Origin: Eledone cirrhosa
Lineage: Eukaryota
DNA length: 64,000 nucleotides
NCBI GenBank assembly: GCA_964016885.1
Contig: OZ024740.1
Coordinates: forward strand, 358,112,001 to 358,176,000
Direction of reading: 5' to 3'
Shown: one piece after another, positions 53,700 to 64,000 of the stretch
How positions within the stretch are numbered: the first letter of the stretch is position 1
How the letters are laid out: each line of letters opens with the position of its first letter
Notes under the pieces: model-generated
The model's input: only the letters and a program-made list of their open reading frames with translations
The model's database searches: none
What the model was told of the DNA's origin: nothing
Translations under genes and position numbers: made by a program

Positions 53700-56060
53700 A
53701 CAAGTCTTCCTAGCTTCCGTCAACTTTGAGCACTCTGCACATTTCCATATGCATCACATGTCCATACCACTGCAATCTTCTCTCCTGCACATTGCATCTG
53801 ATCCCTCTTATTCTCAGTTTCTCTCTCAGTTAATTTACGCTTTGCCGTTCATCTATTACACATCCACAGGAGCATGCAAGCTTCATTTCTTCCCAAACTC
53901 ACTGCCATGCAGCATTACAGTTCGTATACACGCCTCATACAATCTGCCCTTCATTTTGAGGGAGAAAGCCTTTTGTAGCTAGCAGTGGCAGTATCTCCCT
54001 AAATTATTTCCATCCTGTACACATTCTGGCTACTGTACTTTTGGAACATCCACCCCTACTGCTAATTTGGTCACCCAGGTGACAGAAATTGTTAACTAAG
54101 AATTTTATTGAGTTTGTTTTCTGTGGGCGTTTGCTGCTTACTGCTCCTGTGAAATGCTCACATGTAAAACCTGCGTTCTTTGCTAGCCTGTCTGAGATTC
54201 CACTACATCTCTTATGTACCCATAGTTTGCATTTGGGACAGAGGATGGAATTTCTACCCGTCCCTTTCCTACTAATTGAATAGGGCCATTTACCAGAAGG
54301 AATCAGGGCCTTATATTCCTTACTGCTTACTAGAATTTTGGTCTTTATCAAGTTGACTTTAAGATCTTTTGATTCCAGGTTATGTTTTGAGGTCAGGGAT
54401 GTTTTTCTCTAGTGATGCCATAGATCCAGCTATGGGAGTTAAATCATTAACATACAGAATTTCGCTAGGGAATCCTGTTTTAAACTCTTCTAGCCTGGAG
54501 GACGATAATAAAAAGTAAAGGGCAAAGGTCGAAGCCATTGTGGATCACAATTTGCACACTAAACTAAATTTTAACTTTGCTGACTGCACCTCTCTACATG
54601 GCTTGCTCTTCTCTCAAAAGCCACTCGTCCACTAAAGTGGCCACCAAATTACAGAACGGGGTACCCTTTCAAAAGCTTTCTCTAGGTCAAACGTCAAATA
54701 GAGGGATTTGCTTTTTGCTAGGTATTTCATTCAGAATCACAGAAACCATCCCGTCTTCATATCATTAATTGCCTTACTTATGCTGTCTTCATATAATTAA
54801 TTGTCTTACCTACTACACTGCCACTGGCCTGTACATCTGGTCCCTCTGTTGGGTCTAGTTAGGACAGGCTATCTTCCACCCACGCATTCTCCTCATTCAT
54901 CAGTCTTTTATAATGACACTTCCATGCTGTCTTTTTTTCGGCATCAGTGAGGGTGCACCATTGACATCTCGGACACACCTCTCTCCAACAACATCACAAT
55001 CCTGCCTGGCACACTCCATCACGATCCTGAACACCTCACGTCGCATAGCATGCATAAACTTTTTATTTTTTAATAAGAGTATACTTATCGGCTAGTCTCT
55101 CTCTTGGCCTCTTTGCAAAGTTCTCTGCTTTCCCATTTTGCTATTCTTTCCATGCCTGTCTCTTGGTTTCAATTGTTTGATTCACCCTACTATTCTCCCA
55201 CCAAGTCACTCTTCTACGCCCTGGGCCTATGCTCCCACCACATACCTCATTTGTGGCCTTCAGCTGATTCTCTCAGGAACTCCCACTGTTCCTCTATATT
55301 GTATGTCGCTATTTCTCTTCCTCACTATCGAAAACGTCAAGTAGGATATTCCTAAATTTCTTATTGGCTGAGGGCTCCTTTCACTTCCATATCCTCCTCC
55401 TCCGGGTTGCTCTCTGTCTCCAAGTTCGTTTAGCTTTAATTAAGAAACCACTGACTACAATATTATGTTGGAGAGGTGCATTCCTCGTCTGGGAGGGATT
55501 TTGGTGAGGATGAAATCTAGTTGGCTGGTGTGCTTCCCTGATCAATAGGTGATCAAATGGTTGTTTGGATTTTTGAAGTTAGTGCTGCAGATCGTTAGTT
55601 CATTAGCATCGCAGAATTCTAGGAGCCTGGATCCTTCATCATTTCTAGCACCAAACCCATAACCCCTGTGAATCCTGTCGAAGCCATCACTGTGTTGCCC
55701 AACATGTCCATTAAAGTCGCCTGCTATGACTAAGAGTTCATTGTCACACACCAGGGATGTTGTTTGCACGAGGAATGTGTAAATGTTGTCTTTTAATTCG
55801 TCTGATAGTTCCAAATGTGGTGCAGATATAATAGAAACAGTTGTTCTACCTAGGACCATCCTCAGTTTAATGATTCTGTCATTTACTTTGCTTACAGTAA
55901 TTACATGTTCTATCCATTTTTCTAACAAAATACCTACTCCACATAGCCCGTAATTGTTTCCCTCTCAGAAAAATGTGTAGCTTCGTTCTTTACCAAGAAA
56001 TCTACCTGATCCTCTTCTCCATCTTGTACACAGCACACGTCCACCCTCTTTCGCTCTAAC
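53700..56060 (-). mobile_element. RTE-type LINE, decayed (APE endonuclease plus RT C-terminus)
   Basis: LVIAGDFNGHVG...GYGFGARNDEGSRLLEFC...TNFK...ITY; RNSILCPKCKLWVHKRCSGI. Same family as 36690-37622. Confidence 0.82.
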
Positions 56061-56953
56061 ATCTCTACGACCCCACCTGATTTTCCTCGCATAAGGTCTA
56101 CGTTGATGGTCGCGGCTCTGAAATACTGGAGTTTTCTGGAAGAAACGGTTAGTTTCCATACCTGAAATAAAGATGGTTTGCAAGGTCACCTGGAGCTGAG
56201 TACTGGGTTCATAGCAAGGGGATGAGATTGTTTAACATTGTAGTCTAGATCTACCATAAAATCTATTGAATCCTCAATAATCATACTTCACATTAGTAGC
56301 ATGGTAGTGATGGTGGAATAACAAGGACCTACTGCTGCTGTTTAATTGGTTTAGATGTGAATGTGTATGGTGGTGTGCGGGGGCTGGTGGGATTGAAAAG
56401 GGATAAATGTGAAACCCATGTGTTGGAGATTTTCAAAGATAGGACATTTTCTCGAAAAGGAGAGGCTTTCTCTTCAGATTTTTCCATCTCATGAGGTGAG
56501 CTATTGCATACCAGACACCAGCCTGATATTGTAATTCCACTCACACACCCATTCATCCAGCTATTACATATACGCACAAATAGCAACACATACTATATGC
56601 ACATTAAAAAAAGTTAAAAGATAAAAAAACGTAAAATTTAAAAAGATGACAATGTTAATAAAAATATAAAAGACATTAAAGTTATATAAAAATATATACA
56701 TGTTTACACAGAATTGGATGGTCATTAACTCTCATGAATTCTTTCGCCCTTCGACGGGTTTTGTTTTTGATCGCACAGGGTATAAAAAAAATCATTCTCC
56801 TCACCAAGCAATATATACACTCGTGGTTTTTTAACAGGTGTATCACATGCATGTGTAGCCATCATGTTCGTCATCGTCATAGTAGTAGAGATGACGGTCC
56901 AGCAAAAATTAGGTATTAGTATTGGTACTCTGAAATAGAGTGGACCGGCAATA

Positions 56954-57012
<59 letters not shown>

Positions 57013-57015
<3 letters not shown>

Positions 57016-57185
57016 CATCATCATCATCATCATTTTACGTCCGCTTTTCCTTGCTTGCGAGGGTGGGACGGGGACTGATTCTGGTTTGATTTCTACAGCT
57101 GGATGCCTTTCCTAACACCAACCTCATTTACAGTGAGTGCTGAGTGCTTTTTTGCCGTGGCACCTCCACGACCACTTTGCAGTGG
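57013..57185 (-). mobile_element. Bipartite RTE-derived short element
   Basis: GGTTGGTGTTAGGAAAGGCATCCAG joined to GCAAGCAAGGAAAAGCGGACGTAAAA(TGA)n, which matches the LINE 3' end at 37568-37620. Confidence 0.6.
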
Positions 57186-57289
57186 AATGATAGGGACCCC
57201 AGTCCCTATCATCTCATTTCTACAGCTGAGTAAACTCATATATATACATACACAAACGGATACATGCTCACAACTATATATATATATAA

Positions 57290-57341
<52 letters not shown>

Positions 57342-57426
57342 AAAAGGCAAACAGAAATAACAACACAATCGGTACAGTATATGGAAGGGATATGTTAGGT
57401 TAACGTTTGATATAGCAGGAAGAGTG

Positions 57427-57462
57427 TCTTAACGTTTCGGACGCTAGTCCTTCATCAGAAGA
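57427..57462 (-). ncRNA. Minimal hammerhead ribozyme
   Basis: TCTT CTGATGA AGGAC TAGC GTCC GAAA CG TT AAGA. Confidence 0.88.
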
Positions 57463-57939
57463 TAGAATGAGAAATATGATAGATTGAGGGGTCGGGTGGG
57501 ATGGAATTGTAAAAAATGTCTTTAGATAAAAATAACAGGTCCATTCATGTTGACATCTCTTACGGTTGCCGGTCCACGGTATTTCAGAGCACCAATACTA
57601 ATACCTAATTTTTGCTGGACCAGCAATCGCTGTTTAATCAGCTCTTAAATATTACTAGAATTCTGTAAGAATCCAGCTTCTATAACCCTTAGCAGAAGCA
57701 AAGGAGAGAGTGGTCTTGATAAACGCTAAAGAGCGAGAAACAGGACTGTCGATCACTCATTGCTTTTGCAGAGAATAAGGGACATAGTCACTACTTTAAA
57801 ACTTATAGCGAATGGTCTTCTAAATGTTTTTAATTAAACATACAGTATTTTGGCAAATATAATCTATATACATTCATGTATATACATCGCTATTTCAGAG
57901 CGCCAATACTAATATATATATATATATACATATATACCG

Positions 57940-59891
<1,952 letters not shown>

Positions 59892-60518
59892 AGTTAGAAA
59901 TGAATTAGTTGAACGAAAATGACAGAGGTTATTAAAATCATGAAAGTAATAATAATTAAATATATACATACACACATACGTACATACACGTGCATACGCG
60001 GAAACACACGTCATGCATATACATGCACGTACACATAAACACGCGCTCACGTGCGTAAACCCACGCGACATATGTACCCGCACACATACGAACCAAATAC
60101 ACATATAAAAATATGTGTGTGTGTATATATACATATAATTATATAAACGTAAATAAATATACACACATAAATACGTATATAACGCACACACACACATACC
60201 TACAGGTAAATACACATATGTTCATCAAACGTACATATACCAAAACCCAATGTCATTACATACGTGCAAACACGCATACAAATATACACGCACAAACACG
60301 AAATACACATATACACATCACCATATACACACACACACACATACCAGTATATATAATATATACACCTATAACAAATGCAAGCATATGTACGTACGAGAAA
60401 GTATACGTACCTCCACAAAACATACGGGTAAGTTATACTTACCTGTACAAATAAGTAATGGTATAAACATAGAATATACTTAGCTACCACATCGTAAATT
60501 ATCCGCGTACTGTTCGTA

Positions 60519-60854
60519 CTATCCGTTAAGGTATAATGTGGGGCTGTAATACAGGAAAGTTTTATGCAGTTTGTGTTTACAAGCCGAAATTGCCTCAGAT
60601 TTTTTGTTTAAGATGTGATCATTGACGTAGAGTATTTCCAGGGCTTCAGCGGCGCAAAGATCGCACGGTCTTTTATTTCTGTTATACGATCTAGCTTTAG
60701 CTAGGATCTCCCAGTGTAACCTATATTGGGTATGTTTGTCTTTTAGACTCCAGATATAAGCTGAAAGTGACGTCATCATATTCCTTCTTAAAGAGTTAAG
60801 AAAAGAATGGGTGTGCATGTAAAGACGCTGCTTGAATCTATTGGCGGTTAACCT

Positions 60855-60857
<3 letters not shown>
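60519..60857 (-). pseudogene. Hydra-like PLE nuclease C-terminal fragment
   Basis: FKQRLYMHTHSF...TSLSAYIWSLK...WEIL...CDLCAAEALEIL...LNKKSE...CKH. 5' junction lies at (TA)n. Confidence 0.8.
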
Positions 60858-60907
<50 letters not shown>

Positions 60908-61042
60908 AGTAAGTAATATAATGCAATGAAATATCTATGATCGTTGGCAAATCACTGATGAGGGACTTATTTTATTACATGTTATCCATGTGCAACCTGC
61001 AGTATTCTTCTCCCCATTTTTTCATATATATATATATATATA

Positions 61043-61345
61043 TACGATATTAACAAATGGAAACTATATTTATAAAACCATATTTATTTCATTATACATA
61101 TTTCAAAGATACCAAGTTAAATTATGGTATGCCTTCATCAGACAAAATACAATATATACCAGTTTTATAAATAAACATTGACGTACCCTTTCAAAATGCA
61201 ACCGTTACTTTTGGAAGACATCAGGATATATAAATATAGTTTCCATTTGTTAATATCGTATATCTACTCCAAATACTTGTCGAGTGCTTTATATCAGTTA
61301 TAAAAATATTTGCTTGTTGTATCCCAACAATTTAAATAGAACTTT

Positions 61346-61349
<4 letters not shown>
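61043..61349. mobile_element. Small palindromic element with right-only tail
   Basis: TACGATATTAACAAATGGAAACTATATTTATA near 61043 is inverted at about 61229-61260. Tail 61263-61349. (TA)n on both sides. Confidence 0.65.
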
Positions 61350-61419
<70 letters not shown>

Positions 61420-61484
61420 GGTTTAATATATATGTATTCTTCTTTATGTCTGTATTATTGTTATTATTATTATTATTATTATTA

Positions 61485-61905
61485 GCGCGGTAGATTGGCA
61501 GTATCGCAAGAGCGTTGGACAATATATTTTTCAGCATAGAGTTACGGCCCTTTACGTTCTGAGTTCAAATCCAGCAGGGATTAGCTTTGCCTTTCCTTCT
61601 TACGGGGTCGATAAAATAAAGTACTACTAGTAATGCACTGGGGTAGATTTAATCGACTTGCCTCTGCCCCAAAATGGTTGGCCTTGTGCCGAAATTAGAA
61701 ATCATTATTATTCGGTGAATTGGCAGTATCGGTAGAGGGTCGAACGCCATGCTTTGACGCATAGAGTTACGGCCCTTGCCATTCTGAGTTCAAATCCCGC
61801 CGAGGTTAACTTTGCCTTTCATCCTTACGGGGTCGATAAAATAAAGTACCAGTAATGTACTGGGTAATTGCTGGCCTTGTGCCTAACGTAGAAATAATTA
61901 TTATT
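61485..61905 (+). mobile_element. Two tandem SINEs
   Basis: 61485-61712 and 61713-61905 match the consensus. Confidence 0.88.
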
Positions 61906-62495
61906 TATTCTACTATGTCTATCCTGGCTATTATACTAAGAAATGCGTCGAAATAATTGCAAAGAATTAAATGTTTTTAGAACTCTCATCTGTCAACTCA
62001 ATTTGTTCTTTCTCTCTCCCCTGCTCACCTCAAACTCTCTCTCTAATACTACACACACACACACACAGTAGCTCTGGAAAGTGGACGTAAGATGATGGTG
62101 AAGATGTTCATGATATATGTATGAGTGTGTATGTGTGTGTATGGCCATGTAAATATACATGCATATTACTTAGATTCAATAAACCAATAAAACAATAAAT
62201 AATGTTTTATTCATCACAGATAAAACCAATTGTCTACCTTCCTGTTCAAGGTACAACACATCCAGTTTCTATTTCCACAGTGAAAAAAAAATAAAATAAA
62301 ATAAAGGTATCAAATATTTTAATGTTTACTAGTTAGTGTCTTCTTTAAAAACAATAACACAAAATATTCGTAATTGATTCCGAACTTTTATTCGGATTTA
62401 CGCAGGACTTTTGGACAAATTTCTGGTTATATTGGGTCTCCAAGTATAATTGTTTCCTTTTTTATTATTTCATTACATAATGTACATATATATGT

Positions 62496-62656
62496 AACAA
62501 AGAGGGTGTGGTAAGATACCAGGTGGACCATATCGCACCAGAGTACTCGATACTTGGGATAGTAGAGTGGGTAATATGAAAGGATTCAGGACCCCTGAGT
62601 TCGGATCTAGCTGTCGAAACGGCCGGAGCTCAGCAGTCGGGGTCCTGAATCTTTGA
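62496..62656. mobile_element. 'MVHLV' family mini-insertion
   Basis: Reversed tail, then arms GATTCAGGACCCC / GGGGTCCTGAATC enclosing the HHR 3' half. Confidence 0.75.
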
Positions 62657-62995
62657 TGTGTGTGTGTGTATATATATATACACACACAAGGGAGAAAGCA
62701 AATTATTTTGCTTAACAGAGTATCTATGCATACATGCACATGTACATATATTAATGTGTATTTGTGTGCGTGTGTGTGAGTGTGTATTATAGGTATGCAT
62801 GTATCATGAAATACATGTCAGTTTCATTCCCGTTTGAGGAATGTGAAAGGACTATGTGCATTACCGGTTCTATTGAGAGTGAACTGGAGTCTGCAACTCA
62901 ATGCTATTACGAAGTCCGTCTCGTGTTGGATTGTATTCCAGGGTTAAGACGGCTGTAGTGTGGTGGAGAGTGTAGATGATGTAAGTAGAATCGAA

Positions 62996-63293
62996 GTCAG
63001 TGTTGCAGCATGTGTATACACTTTATTGGCATATTACAATTGTTTCAATACTGAGCAGCTCAGGGTACAATCATAGTGACCGGGGCCAACACCTCTTCGA
63101 CGATTCTTCAGATATGCGAGTTTATATGTGCGAAGACACATATAAACTTTATCTTTGCACATATCAACTCGCATATCTGAGGAGATGTCGAAGAAGAGTC
63201 GAGCCCTGGTCATTGTTATTGTACCCTGAACTGATCGATATTGAAACAATTGTAATATGGCAATAAAGTTTATAAATATGCTGTGACACTGAC
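62996..63293. mobile_element. Diverged palindromic element with an HHR in each arm
   Basis: Right arm 63172-63259: CATAT CTGAGGA GATGTCGA-[insert]-TCGATATT GAAA CAATTG TA ATATG. Left arm 63030-63116(-) has core CTGAAGA. Confidence 0.82.
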
Positions 63294-63318
63294 ATATATA
63301 TATATATATATATATTAT

Positions 63319-63376
<58 letters not shown>

Positions 63377-63419
63377 GTATAAACCTATGGCAATAATGCA
63401 CATTGTTTGATTAAATATA

Positions 63420-63878
63420 TTATCTAAAAGGTAACACTGGTCTCGATGGTCGAACAGGTATGTTTAATGTCGAAATCATGCGCCGTGTTCTCGGAGGGAT
63501 CCTTGTTGGCACCCTGTGTCTAATCACCGGTACAGTGCGGTGAATCATTCTCTGTGGAGTACGTTGGATGAAGACTTGTCGGCTACGTGGATGCATTGCT
63601 TGAGGCATTCGCGTGATGGTTCGAGATCGACCGCCACGACGTAATCTGTTTCGTAACCAATTTGATGACAAAACTTTATTGCAGCCAGAACAATCATCTA
63701 TATTCATTTTCTTAGTGGGATTATTACCTAAGAATCCACAGCATGACGATATAATCTGGCATATCATGGTTAGTTTCTTGAAAATGCATATTACCGCTAT
63801 CAGAAGCACAATTGCTGCTATAGCGGAGAATATATACTTCAGGTTGTCAATGCTAAACCAAGAGATAAACTCGAACAT
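63420..63878 (-). CDS. Putative host coding exon: small single-pass membrane protein with Arg/Pro-rich tail
   Basis: Intact 152 aa non-repetitive ORF with hydrophobic helix YIFSAIAAIVLLIAVICIF followed by KK and a Cys cluster. Polypyrimidine tract plus TTTTCAG acceptor 6 nt upstream of the ATG. Confidence 0.55.
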   Translation of the reverse strand: MFEFISWFSIDNLKYIFSAIAAIVLLIAVICIFKKLTMICQIISSCCGFLGNNPTKKMNIDDCSGCNKVLSSNWLRNRLRRGGRSRTITRMPQAMHPRSRQVFIQRTPQRMIHRTVPVIRHRVPTRIPPRTRRMISTLNIPVRPSRPVLPFR

Positions 63879-64000
63879 ACTAAACTGAAAATAGAAGAAA
63901 AGTAATTGTCATGATTATGTTTCATAATAATAGATACAAATGCATACATACATAAAAATAAAGACATCTTTCGGTCACGAATGACCATGGGATTTTCACC

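Noticed and set aside
62591-62645. Complete HHR at ACCCCTGAG...GAAA
   Set aside because: CTGAG is created by the inversion junction; comparison with 27310-27340 shows the true core is missing.

Overview
AT-rich eukaryotic DNA made almost entirely of repeats. The SINE and LINE repertoire suggests a cephalopod or other mollusc (inference). There are no prokaryotic genes and no CRISPR array; the many YIYI/CVCV ORFs are translated microsatellites. The window is dominated by Penelope-like retroelements (PLEs) of several families: Hydra-clade-like ones with a CxCx5CPLxxxC linker and GIY-YIG nuclease, and a Nematis-like family with RT plus a CCHH GIY-YIG. Nearly all sit in (TA)n tracts, and most form inverted, tail-outward palindromes. 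About 20 type I hammerhead ribozyme (HHR) motifs can be read directly. Almost all have a self-complementary stem III (dimer type); several have large stem II insertions or core variants. The palindromes share one design: both arms read outward, one stops at an internal site next to (TA)n, and the other carries a 40-100 nt extra tail that in several families encodes a conserved ORF start. Two ORF-less HHR units (545 and 432 nt) show terminal redundancy or tandem copies, as expected for circular-RNA retrozymes, and one insertion appears to join two different families back to back. Also present: a near-full Helitron plus a partial copy, a Chapaev3-type DNA transposon with TIRs and a TAA duplication, CR1- and RTE-like LINE fragments, many tRNA-derived SINEs, and one plausible host coding exon at the right end.
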